A stretch of 37,885 nt of DNA. Origin: Vitrella brassicaformis CCMP3155. Its lineage: Eukaryota; Protista; Chromerida. Shown here piece by piece: positions 10,422 through 22,310 of the stretch. Position 1 is the first letter of the stretch. The number at the start of each line of letters is the position of its first letter. The notes beneath the pieces are model-generated. The model made no database searches. It saw only the letters and a program-made list of their open reading frames with translations, and was not told the origin of the DNA. The stretch is taken from positions 1 through 37,885 of the forward strand of contig CDMY01000636.1 of the NCBI GenBank assembly GCA_001179505.1, read 5' to 3'. Both the position numbers and the translations under genes were made by a program.

Positions 10422-13310
10422 TTACTCGAGCCGCACCAGCTCGAGCCTGTCTGACTGTTTTTTGATAGTTGGTACGGTAAGCTCCGTTCTAATCCATCGC
10501 AGCTGAAACTTGGTGCTCGAGAGGTTGAACAGGGCGTGCGCTGTGCGGAACCTGTCGGTGATCCTCTCCGACAGACAAGTGCGGTCGAAAGCTACGTGCG
10601 CCTGCTTGATCCCCTGTGGGCAACACACCACACAAGTGGTCTTGTTCCTGAGCTCTACTCTTCTGTGCGTATACCTTGACATCGCTGGCTGCCTGCAAAA
10701 ACGCCAGCACATTCCCGTGGACTTTCTCGACCTCCGAATCCTGAGAATGGGCCCACAGGAGACCTGCACACCAAAAAATGCAACGTCATATACACGTCGG
10801 CCGCCAATCGATACCCTCTACATGCAGGGACAGCTCTTCTATCGTCGGCAGCGCCTCGCGAATCGCGCCCAATTCACCAAATGGGGGTCTGCCGGTCAGG
10901 CTGGCTGCATGCAGCCCCAGCGTCACCCGGCTGATCGTCTTGTCCGGGGCTGCGGCGTGAAACGCCTCGAGGAAGTCCCGCGCCTCACTCCCACTGCCGG
11001 CCTTCACACACTCGAGTGAGGGCATCTGCTGGGCGGCCTCCACCGCTTTGGCGATCCGTGTAGATCGGAGGCAGAAGGTGGTGGCCTTCGGAAATGCCGT
11101 TGGCGTCACCGGCTGGGCAGGCAAGGCGTCTGTGGGGTCCTTGAATACCACGACGCGCACTCCGCTGGCGAAGCCAGCCACGAGCTTTCTGACGGTGGGG
11201 GAGCGGTGGGCACTGCTCCATGTGACCAGCTGGTGGTCGACCTTCCCCTCCTCATGCAGGCACGGCATCACCAGCTGGCCGAGGGCGTCGGGGTGCATCA
11301 CAGCGTCACTGACAGAGAGACAGGAACAAAACAAGCACACGCGGCTGAAGTACGAGGCATGCAAAACACTCTCTTTATGTGGCCGGCCTTACACGAGCTC
11401 TGCTGCCCTTTCGATCAGCTCTCTCGTCTCGGCTGTGTCCTCCAGATATCCCTCGATTGTGTCCTCGGCGAAATCCAGGTGCATCTCACGCACGCTGTTG
11501 ACGCACCCCCGGCGCACCAGCAGATCCCGGAAGTCCTGCATCTCGGCAGGCTCCCAGCGGAGGTTCGTGCTGTCACTTGCGACGCGCACACGGCCGAGGG
11601 AACGCAAACCCGACAGCGACTTGCCCTCAGGAATCCCCCTGAGGAACTCATCGTTATCCCATCCAGTCCTGCACACACACATAACGAGATGGCGGTCATT
11701 CCTGCCTGCCACACGGTATGCACCCGCACCCATGTGTATCCGTCCGCCGTACCCGCGTGTGTCGTACTCGAGCTTCTCCAGCCGGGTACCGTCCCCAATC
11801 TACTGCCGGGCCCCCTCGAACTCGTCGGCCTCGCTGAACGTGCGCTGGAAGGTCAGCACTCGGACGTTAGGCGTGTGCCAGTTGCGGCCCACCCGAGCAG
11901 CCGCATGATCGAACAAGACGCCAATGACGGTCGTGAGGGCGGGCAGATGGACGGGGAAGGTGGGGGGCGGGCCGAGGGGGTCCCACTCACCAGCATCGCC
12001 ATTGGCATCTTCGAACCGCAGCACCTGGAGTGTGGCTTGTGAAGGGGGATGGCTAGGTGGCGGGGCGGCGCTCTCGATGCCGTCATCCATGGCTGACGAT
12101 GATGCGGCGCTGCTGCCCGGCTGCTCACTGCTGGCGTGGCCGTGTGCATGGCCTTCAACTAAGGATACCCATGCACCGTCACACCAGTAGGCTTCGCCTA
12201 GGTGGCGGATGGTCAGTTCTTTGAGGTTGCGGCTCCTCTGGCCCCACCTATGCGCCATATCGCACGACATTCGCTCCCACATGCCGCGCGCCTCGTCGTC
12301 ATCGCTGTCCATCGTCAGGTGGCTGTACTGCTGCACCGCTTGGTGGAAGATGCGCCGGCCGATGGCCGGCCGCAGCCGTGCCAGCTCCCAGGGCTGGAAG
12401 TGGCCGAAGATGCACGCACAAGTGTCGGGGGCCAGGACAGGCTGCCATCAAGGGCACACACCACACACGGCACAACCAAAATTGACACATACCAATTTGA
12501 GTGTGTCTGTGGTGTGCGTACCGGTTGACTCATGGGGTCGTTGCCGCTTCGAAGTACGAGACGATACGAGGGAGCACGAGCGGGCTGCTCATCCTAACAT
12601 ACACAGAAGAGAACAGTGCGTCTGATGACAGCCGCTGCCATGCTCCTCTTGACTTTCCAGTCACCTGTGTCTGTGCTCGCGGGTCAGCGTTGTTGGTCTC
12701 TTGTCCTTGGCGCGCCTCATCTGCCGTCGATGCGGTGAGGGCAGCCACGGCCCGCGCAAGCGGGATCCGCTGCAGTGCTAACTGTGTGGTGACGGCCGCC
12801 ATGTGGGAGGCCATCAATGTCATCTGCTCACGCACATCTCGGGCCGCGCGCAACGATGCCTGCACACAGCAACACACACACACACACACACACAATGGAA
12901 GGACTGTGTGTGCAGTTCCCCCACTGGCTTGTTCTCGGGCGTCCGTACCTCTGAAATTATTTGCGGAGGCTGCAACTGCTGCACGTGTGACGAAATGCTG
13001 TCCACCTGAACCGAGAAGACGACACCGGGCACAGAGACGATGCCGCTAGCACCTTTGCTGCAGCAAAGGGCTGGCGGCTCATCTACCTCTGCTAGGAAGC
13101 CATTCAGGTCCGCAATACTACTCTTCAACGATTTGGCACCATCACCCAGCTGAAAACACAGGACGAACCATGGACGGGGATGGACATGTACACACGCGCC
13201 GGCGGAAAAGCCCTGTTTTCTCACCTGCGCAACAACCGTGTTGGCCGAGTCGCCCTGACGCTGGTCAACAGTGTCATGCGATGGACTGCTACTTAAGATC
13301 TGCAGACAGA
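10422..13310 (-). CDS. Lineage-specific repeat-family protein (F-box-like CIFGHFQPWELARLR segment followed by LRR-like repeats); start uncertain
   Basis: Phase-consistent exons LGDGAKSLKSSIADLNGFL.. / ASLRAARDVREQM.. / PVLAPDTCACIFGHFQPWELARLRPAIGRRIFHQAVQQYSHL..RNLKELTIRH..HLPALTTV..TPNVRVLTF / ..FPKATTFCL..MPSLECV..LPTIEELSL; the family assignment is from pattern memory, not a search. Confidence 0.65.
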
Positions 13311-13639
13311 CAGGTGCAAGGGATACACATCAAATGCACGGCGCAGGTGAGTGTCTACGATGCATTTTGTGTGCATGAGTACGTCGCTTTGGATCTGCTG
13401 AAAGGCCCTTCGCACCTGAACACCATGGATGACAGGGATGAGAGCACCAAGCGATTTTGGCTTCTGGATGATGAATCACCTGGTCCAGGTCCATTCGTTC
13501 TAACCGCAGATAAGAAAGGCCCTCGAGATTTCTCGACGAGAGACTGCCCCCTTTGAGCTTGCAGGAAAAAAAAACACACTCGACGCACATTCCATACATT
13601 CGCAGTGCCCTTGTCTGCGTGCTTTGGATGTTCTGCAGG

Positions 13640-14510
13640 CAGATGAAGGAGGCCGACGATAAGCGATAAGCGACCACAACGACAACATGTGCGAGGAGAT
13701 TCAGCGGCTGTGGGACGAAATGCGCAACCTCAACAACAACCTCAACCGCAACCTCAACAACATGCTGGCAAACCATCCAATCAGCCCTCGTGCCCCACCC
13801 CTCCTCCGACCGCAAAGGCCGCCCGGTGGCGTGCGGCCACATGTGCCTATGGAGCAAGGAAGGGCCCGCTTTGTGGACGGCTGGGATGGCAATGGGACGC
13901 AGATACACAGTGGTAAGCAATTCACCCGCCCACAAGATATGTACATATTTGAGGGACTCATGCGGCATGTGTTGTATCATCTGTTGTCGTTTCAAGAGTG
14001 TTTTTGGGTGAAAGGACGTTTGGTCGTGTTGTAGCCGCCATCGATCTGTCTACGGGGCAGCGCGTGGCCATCAAGGTCCGTGCACATACAAGCTATGACA
14101 CATGCAAACATCACACGCACCATCACTCCTTCAGGTGGTGCGTGACGTACGGGAGTACACCGACCACGCGGAGACTGAAGCGAGTATCCTCCGCAAAGTC
14201 GCCATCCGTGAGAGGGAGCTCCGTCTCGAAGAGACCCGGCGCAACGCAGAATGGGGCCGCGGAGGTGTGCTGCCCATGCTGTCGGACTCCCGCATCGTCA
14301 AACTCATCGACAGCTTCTACTACTGCAAGTGGTGCAAGCGCACACGCTGTCATCGGGAATGTCGGGCGGCGGGGTGTGCGGCGAGGGATGTGGGGCAGCA
14401 CATGTGTCTGGTATTCGAGAAGCTGCAGTGTGTACGACCTCCTGAAGCGCAAGGCCTTCAAGGGCTTATACCCAATTGCTTATACCTGGAGGATGCTCTA
14501 TCGCGTGAGA
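13640..14510 (+). pseudogene. Truncated, frameshifted LAMMER/CLK-type kinase N-lobe fragment
   Basis: LGERTFGRVV..VAIK/VVRDVREYTDHAETEASILRKV..RIVKLIDSFYY..HMCLVFEKL-SVYDLL..KGLYLED resembles apicomplexan CLK1; Gly-loop G to R change, frameshifts near 14428 and 14473, no HTDLKPEN or DFG downstream. Confidence 0.7.
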
Positions 14511-14599
14511 GAGCGGCTAGAGAGCGGCAAACGCGCGCACGACGAACAGAACACCGCTGGATGTGTGTTGGTTGATATGATAGGTGGATGGCGTCTGTC

Positions 14600-16795
14600 C
14601 ATTACAGTGAGTCAGGGCACTCCTGAGTTCTTCATCTACGAGTATGAGGATGAGGTTGGAGAGTGTCTGTGGGTGTGCTACGACGCCTACACGACCAGCC
14701 AAATGGCCGACCACGTGCTGTCCGACCTGATGTCAACAACAGCCCACCGGGGAGACTGATGGCGGCGAAGGACAGCACGCTGGAGCTGCGCATCGACCAC
14801 GAGACGCTGCCGAAGCCCCTGCCGTATGACAGCAGGCGGTTCAAGAAGGTCAGTCAGAGGGAAGTTCAGGGATGCACTGAAAGCTTTTTGTTGAGGTCTA
14901 TATGCATTAATTGCATGCATGGCATTCACACGCTGGCTCTCCGGCTATGTGTGTATACTGCACTGCAGAACCCGCGCATCGTGTTTGAGAACTTGTGGGA
15001 ATACATGTTGTATCAACGCCATCGCACAGCCCCTCGTGAGGCTCCACCCCCTCTCCCGCTATCTAGTCAAGAGCACGTGTGTGAGCGCACGTACACCAAG
15101 AGCAGACAGCACCGACGCACGTACTTGATGCACTCATTTCCTGTAATACTCACTTATGTGTCTCTCTGTGCAGCCGGGAAGAACATCATGGCCAACGAGG
15201 CAGGCATCATCGGCCGCTACGAAAACTACAAGCCGTCAGTCAGGGGTACAGTACACACGAACCCACACATGGATGGATGGATGGATGTCCGTGTTGACAC
15301 ATACATGCAGCCCTTCCTGTCCTCTCTACTTGTGTGTGTGTCGTGCAGAGAAGAAGGTCGAGGAGATGTTGCTGGAGAACAGGGAGAAGTTCAACTGCAA
15401 AGACGACACCAAGGCCAAGGAGCTCAAGGCCATGATGAGCGCTCAGCTGCCCGACAGAGACCCCAAGGACGACCCCCATACTTCGATGCTGGTCGAGAGC
15501 CTTCGACTGGCCAGGTAGGTATCATTCATCAGAGATGGCCGGAGGGCCGGCAGGAAGGAGGCAAGGAAGGAGGAGGCCGGCAGGGGGAGAGGGATACATA
15601 CCTACATGTCTGTCTGTCTGTCTGTCCTTTGATGGTTTGCAGTGGTGTATATTTGCCGTCGCCGGAGGAGAGGGACAAGCGCAGGGGGCTCAAGACCAAC
15701 ACGCCGCTCACTGTGAGCGTCGCCGCAGAGACCTTCAGCCGCACTCTCATCCGCACCTCACCAACACTCAGTAAGTCATCAAATGATGGATGAAGCAGAG
15801 AGAGAGAGGGAGAGACAGAAGGGAGGGAGGGAGGGAGGGAGGAAGGGAGCAAAGACACACTAGCTTGTGCTTCTCTACACAGACACACGAAAATCCGTGA
15901 TGTCAGCTGGACGACTTCCCCAACGATGTGGCTCGCGGCGAGATCCTCGTGACGGGCCTTCCTGCCACTGCGACCGACGCGAGAGTGCGGCAGTGGTTCG
16001 AGAGGCGGCTGGGAGAAGAGGTCCATGAAATCAGAAGACCGCATCCTGAAGACCTCACGTGAGCGTGCCTCTCATGCGCATCTACTCCCTTGAGTGACCG
16101 TGCTCTGCCCGCTTGGTGTGTGTGTGTGTGTGTGTGTTGATGCAGAGTTGCCCGGGTCGCCTTCTGCAACGAGGACGCCGCCGACCTCGCGGCACGTCTC
16201 GACGATTCGGTGAGCGCTGGTGGCTGGGTGTCACTAGTATGTATCATCACGCTTATTGTGTGTTGGTGGTGTAGTTCTTCGAGTGGTGCTACATTCGTGT
16301 CCGTGCAGCGCCCCTGCCGTGTGTGGGCGAGAAGCAGCGGTACCCGCGGCCGATTCAGGGCCTTCCCAAGGTGGAGCAGCTGGCCACCGGCTTCAACCAC
16401 ACCATCGCCCTGGCTGACGGAGCCATAAGCAAGCAAGAGATCAAAGACAAATAGTGCCTGTAGTCACCTCTACTCACCAACTGACTGTTTCTCTGGTTTG
16501 TGTATTGTCTCAGTCACATCAAACACAGAAAAGGTGTTTGTGTGGGGCGACAACAAGTACGGCCAGCTGACGTTCCCCTCTGATGCCGCCACCGCCCTCT
16601 TCTGGCCGACAAAAGGAGAGCCACAGAGGTTAGCCCGCCGGATTGACTGACTGGTCCCTCACCTGCCTCCACGTACGCCTTTGAGTGTGCGTATGTGTGC
16701 AGCCTGGGCATCGAGGGGCCCCATCGGCCGCATATGGCGCATGGCGACGTGACCATCATCGGTAATCATCGGCCCCTGTGTCTCAAGTACTACGG
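14600..16795 (+). pseudogene. Copy 1 of an unknown-domain + RRM + RCC1-repeat gene, truncated and damaged
   Basis: RRM EILVTGLPATATDARVRQWF/VARVAFCNEDAADLAARLD/WCYIRVR; RCC1 VEQLATGFNHTIAL and VFVWGDNKYGQL; apparent -1 frameshift near 14730; donors lost at about 16426 (GT to AT) and 16796. Confidence 0.65.
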
Positions 16796-17431
16796 CACAG
16801 CTGGGCATCGGTGCGTCCGGCGAGCCGTTGATCTTCATCCCAGCTTGACAAGAGACATGAGCGAATCTCTGCCTACACTTTACATCTTGACGTCATTTCG
16901 TTTCGCCGCTATAGCTAGCTGGCTGAATGGATGGAATAAAGATATGAATCAAGTGTGTGGTACATGTGTCGACGGAACGTATGCACACGTTTATGGCAGC
17001 GGGCAGACAGGCAGACATGGACACGAATGGCCACTGTGTGTCGGTCTTTCTTTCGGTCAATGATGGTGGGGGTGTCACGGCCCACCGTGATTGATTGCAC
17101 AGCTATGTGCACTTGCTCTGCGCGAGGACGACGGCACCCACACAAAACAAATGCAAACACAGCTTTCCTTCCTTGCGACTCGTCCACCAACACATCATGC
17201 AAACACATGCATGTACGCACCTATGCAAACACATACACATACAAATTCAGGCACAGGCATATGCACGTGTGTGTGTGGTGTGTGGGGTATTGTCTGTGTG
17301 TTCATTCCTCCTCTTCTGTTTTGATGACGGTGTCTGTCTCGCCGTGCCCCTCTCCGTCTCCCTCTCCCTCTCCCTCTTTCTCTTTCTTGGCTCTCTGTCT
17401 GGTCTGGCTCGCTCGCAGCACTATCGTGCCG

Positions 17432-18284
17432 TCAGCCCTCTCTCACACGACACCTCTTCTTAGCTCCCTGCCTCACCATACCAACCATCGACTTAGGCCT
17501 GCCGCCGTACTGGTACTCGACGGACAGCAGGACACTGTCGAGTGTCGGGAAGGCTGAAAACGCCTCAACCACACACTCAGCGAACGAGCCGCAACACGTG
17601 CGCAGCTCGCGGGCGCTGGCATATGTAATCTTGATGCACACCTCGAGTGATGAAACACGGCCATTCTCCATGACCTCCCTGACTGCCTCGCTCTCCCCGT
17701 TCCCGTACATTTCCCAACCGATAGAAATGTCAGCACGTTCCTCTCTGTCTAAGTCATAGTTGTAGCGCCAGCCGTCACATGTGATATCATACTTCAGCTG
17801 GACTGCTAACTCCTTGCCTTCGCTTGACACGGACTCGAGGCCATCAGGCACGAGAGTGCATGTGGCCTCAGGGTCCGCGCAGACAGACAACTCAAAACAC
17901 ACCTTCTCTAGGTAGGGGGAGAGGGCATGCAGCACATAGCCCGCCCCACGCCCAGACGCACCCACGCCCACTGGCAGCGCCCCCTCCCTCACCACAATAG
18001 ACGAGACGCTCGGGAAGAGCGATGTGGGGTCGTCCGTGATGTATGAGGGCAGCAGGCCGGTGCCGGGGTAACGCACGATGGTGAGCTCGTGGGCATGCTC
18101 AAACACCATCGAATCCAGCCCGGGGGCCTCTTTGATGGTGTCGGCGGACGCATGGCTGTCGAGGGTCACCTTCTCGGCCTGCTTGCAGCACATGTCCACC
18201 GTGGCGAGGGAGTCGGTGAGGGCCTTCTTGTCGCCTCTGAAGGGCAGGTGGACGGTGGGGCCGCCCTGCAGCTCGCCCTCCTCG
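17432..18284 (-). CDS. C-terminal part of a lineage-specific LRR-like protein; 5' end lies in the assembly gap
   Basis: About 280 codons open with no stop: ..VFEHAHELTIVRY..LFPSVSSIVV..LSPYLEKVCFEL..RVSSLEVCI..AFPTLDSVLL; no microsatellites. Confidence 0.6.
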
Positions 18285-18584
18285 NNNNNNNNNNNNNNNN
18301 NNNNNNNNNNNNNNNNNNNNNNNNNNNNNNNNNNNNNNNNNNNNNNNNNNNNNNNNNNNNNNNNNNNNNNNNNNNNNNNNNNNNNNNNNNNNNNNNNNNN
18401 NNNNNNNNNNNNNNNNNNNNNNNNNNNNNNNNNNNNNNNNNNNNNNNNNNNNNNNNNNNNNNNNNNNNNNNNNNNNNNNNNNNNNNNNNNNNNNNNNNNN
18501 NNNNNNNNNNNNNNNNNNNNNNNNNNNNNNNNNNNNNNNNNNNNNNNNNNNNNNNNNNNNNNNNNNNNNNNNNNNNNNNNNNNN
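18285..18584. other. Assembly gap (300 N)
   Basis: Run of n characters; the round length suggests an estimated size. Confidence 0.99.
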
Positions 18585-21500
18585 GACTTCCCCAACGATG
18601 TGGCTCGCGGCGAGATCCTCGTGACGGGCCTTCCCGCCACTGCGACCGACGAGAGAGTGCGGCAGTGGTTCGAGAGGCGGCTGGGAGAATAGGTCCATGA
18701 AGTCAGGAGACCGCATCCTGAAGACCTCACGTGAGCGTGCCTCTCATGCGCATCTACTCCCTTGAGTGACCGTGCTCTGCCCGCTTGGTGTGTGTGTGTG
18801 TGTGTGTTGATGCAGAGTTGCCCGGGTCGTCTTCTGCAACGAGGACGCCGCCGACCTCGCCGCACGTCTCGACGATTCGGTGAGCGCGGGTATTGTGGGC
18901 GGGTGGGTGTCACTAGTATGTATCATCACGCTTATTGTGTGTTGGTTGTGTAGTTCTTCGAGTGGTGCTACATTCGTGTCCGTGCAGCGCCCCTGCTGTG
19001 TGTGGGGGAGAAGCAGCGGTACCCGCGGCCGATGGAGGGCCTTCCCAACGTGGAGCAGCTGGCCACCGGGTTCAACCACACAATTGCCTTGGCTGATGGA
19101 GCTGTAAGCAAGCAAGAGATCAAAGACAAGTAGTGCCTGTAGTCACCTCTACTCACCAACTGACTGTTTTCCTGTTTGTGTATGGATGTATTGTGTCTCC
19201 CTCACGTCAAACAGGTGTATGTGTGGGGGGACAACACGTACGGCCAGCTGACCTTCCCGTCTGATGCCACCAGCGCCCTCCTCTGGCCGACAAACGAACG
19301 CCACTGAGGTTAGCCCGCCGAATTGACAGACTGTTCCCTCCCCTGCCTCCACATACGCCTTTGCTTGTGCGTGTGCGTGCGTGTGTGTGTGTGTGTGAAG
19401 CCTGGGCATCGAGGGCCGCATCGGCCGCATATGGGCGCATGGGAACGTGACCATCGTGGGCACCCTGTGCCTCAAGTACTACGGGTGAGTGATGGAGCCA
19501 GCCAGGTCGATCGCATGTATGGGCTTTGTGTGCTTCAGGTGTGGGTCAAATGCGTGTGGCGAGCTGGGCATTGGTGCGGCCGGCGGGCCCATCGGCCACA
19601 TGACCGAGATAACGGCGCTCCGCGGGCTTGACGTGAGCAGTGACCGTCACGCATATGTCAACTCACGCACACACACATGCGGTTGTGTGGGGATTTGTGT
19701 GCGTATGTGTGTGCAGGTGGCCCAGCTCGTTGGCGGCACGTACCACACCACCGGCCTCCTGCGCAACGGCACCCTCATCACAATGGGAGATGGTGAGAGA
19801 TGCATTCATTAATTAAGCACATCAATCTTTCCCCTTTTGGGGTTTGTGTGTGCAGCCGAGTGCACCGGACTCGGGAGGGCCACACGCAACCACCACGCAA
19901 CGCTTCCATGGTCGATGGCTGTCAAGGTAAGCACATATGGGTGGAGGGATGGTCTACAGACTTACTTGTGGTCTGCCTGTCTACGGTCTACCTGTCTACC
20001 TACCCTAGGGCCTGAACTTCAAATCGCTGGGGGCGGGCGACGAGCACACCCTTGCCACCACAACAGCAGGGGACATTCTCACCTGGTGGGCACTCACTTG
20101 AGCAAAAGCATTGGTTCACCTCACCTGTGTACGTTCCGTTCGTGTATGTCACGGTGTCCGTCAGGGGCCGCGGTGCGAGTGGGCAGCTGGGCAATGTGGG
20201 CGGCCCCGACCAAGTCGAGGAGACGGACCCGCGCCTCATCCAGCTCAGCCCCCACTGCATGGAGTCAAAGCAGCTCAAGGACATGTTCGTCGTCAAGGTG
20301 ACTTGCTCACTTAAGTACTTGAGCACAGCCCCCCATCTCATCTGGTGTCTGTCGGCTGGCGACGCTGCTCTGTGTGTGTGTACCCACCAGGGCGACGGCG
20401 GAGGGCAGCACTCTCTGGAGCTGGTGAGTGAGTGAGTGCCGCTGGCTGCTATCGAACATGCGCGTGTACTCAAGTGGGTGTGTTGGTGTGGTGGTCTGTC
20501 TGTCAGGCATGGTCGCCGGAGACAGGCGTGGCGACCCTGCCTCCTCCCCCTGGCGTAAGCGACCGTGCGTGCGATGCGATATCCGTAAAGGTGTCCCTTC
20601 ATGGATGCGTCTGTCTGCCGTTGTGTTTGAAGGATTGGCGTGAGTTCCTGTCGTGGCGCCACAAGGAGGATCAGCGGATCCGGGTAGAGAGACAGGCTGA
20701 ATTGCGCGAGACACACAATATGGTATGCAGGCACCCATCCATCCATCCATCCATCGTGTGCCTGCCTGTGTGTGTGCTTCCTTTCGTCTAGGCCAGAGAG
20801 GACCACGACGCTCCCACCCGCCTGGCGCTGCCTGTGGTTCTCGTCAGCCCCGCTGTGGCAGCAAAACTCCAGGAAGATCCAGATCTGCTCGGTGAGTGCC
20901 CTGACAGAACCACCTCACCTTGCTTGTGATTCATCCATCCATTGCTGCGCAGGTAACGTCCGGTGGCTGTTGTCCTATGACGACAGATGTGGCTCGGACC
21001 TCCGGGACGACCTCATGAGCGATGGCAGGCTGTGGATTCGGCGTGCCGAGGGCTGCGCTGAGCACTTCGCCCACTGGAAGGGCATGACGCTCAAAGACGT
21101 TGTGACAAGAATAGTGGTAAGAAAAGGGAGCAAAGCGCACGCACAGCTTGTTGTCGGATGTTCGGGATGGGAGTGCAGAGGTTCTTTCTCGAGCATGGCG
21201 GCGTGCCTGATGGCCTGAGGGTGCTGTTGCCGCACCCACCTGACCACACACTCATCGCCAGCAGCGAATCCGACACGTAAGTGTGTGTGTGTGTGTATGT
21301 GTGTGTGTATGTGTGTGTGTATGTGTGTGTGTGTGCATCTACAGGCCGTTCGGTTCACGTCATGTTTTGCGAGTCATCTGTGGTGCGGATGCGGCATCCA
21401 TCACTGCTGAGTGGCTTCGGCTGGGCGAGAAAACTGCCGGGTGTAGCCACGTTAGCCTCGACAGCTGGCTGCTGGACAAGTACCCTGATTGCATCGGTGG

Positions 21501-22171
21501 GCACATGCCGACACCTCTTGTCTGTGGACGGGTGGATGGACTGCGTCGTGTGTGCTGTGTTGTGTGGTGTGGCGTGTGGAAGAGCTGCTGGCTGAGAGGG
21601 GTGGATCACTGCGTTCGGCTGCAGACGGGCTGATAGTGAACGTCAGGGACGTTATGGAAAACATCACCAAGCCACAGGCAGCCTCATGTGTATCCACGGC
21701 GATGCAGCTGGCCCATGCAGGCGTTGGGTCCCCGGATGGCCACATAGGAGACATGGAAATGCGAATCGACAGGCAGGCAGACGGAGGGAGGGAGGGAGGG
21801 AGATCATCACGCATCACATGGCTGCGCTGCCCTCATCGATCGAATCAGGTTTGTTGATGCCGTGTGGCCGACGTCGTTCGTTCTCCTCGCATTTGGTAAG
21901 TAAGATGTCGCATCGCTCAGAGAGGCCGCCGTTGACCTACATTACACCCACAGAGAGGTCGCCGATTGAGCAGCCGGACAGCCCTGCACAAGTAGTAGAA
22001 GACAGAGTCAGGTACGTACGGAACAGAGGCACCTGCCTCCGACCGACCTGCATGGCATGCGTGTCCAGGCGTTACGCACTCGCGCTGGCGCTTCGATGTC
22101 CGCACCTGACGGTCCTCCTGCTGCCGTGTCCGTCATCTGAGAACGTCAACGCAGCCATTGCCAGGTTCTAA
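18585..22171 (+). pseudogene. Copy 2 of the RRM + RCC1-repeat gene with a long C-terminal extension; two lesions in the duplicated part
   Basis: RCC1 repeats YGCGSNACGELGIG, VAQLVGGTYHTTGLL, FKSLGAGDEHTLATT, WGRGASGQLG, GGGQHSLEL; downstream exons join in phase (DWREFLSWRHK.., HVLRVICG..SLDSWLLDKYPD); TAG at 18690-18692 (GAG in copy 1) and a 1-nt deletion near 19295 giving TGA. Confidence 0.6.
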
Positions 22172-22310
22172 CGAAGACAGCAGAAAGACAACAACGAGTA
22201 AGCCAAGCTTGTCTTCACTCAATAAGAACTTCGGAAGGCTTGTGCATTGTCTGAGTGTGTGGCGGCCAGGTATGTGTGTCGCGTGTATTGGGCGTGTGGC
22301 ACTGCCAGCG

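Noticed and set aside
11800-11802. Apparent in-frame TAG (GARQ*IGDG) in the repeat-family gene
   Set aside because: A phase-2 donor CA|GTAGAT at this spot would splice the stop out and join TGWDNDEF in frame, so it cannot be called a nonsense lesion without transcripts.
11048-12042. Long plus-strand ORFs (286 and 278 aa)
   Set aside because: Antisense shadows of the GC-rich minus-strand gene with no recognisable motifs.
14663-15793. 376-aa ORF as a single exon
   Set aside because: Runs through microsatellite-type introns and switches in and out of the true coding frame.
17432-18913. 493-aa ORF in the track spanning the N run
   Set aside because: Artefact of translating through the gap; the part right of the gap is antisense to the RRM copy.
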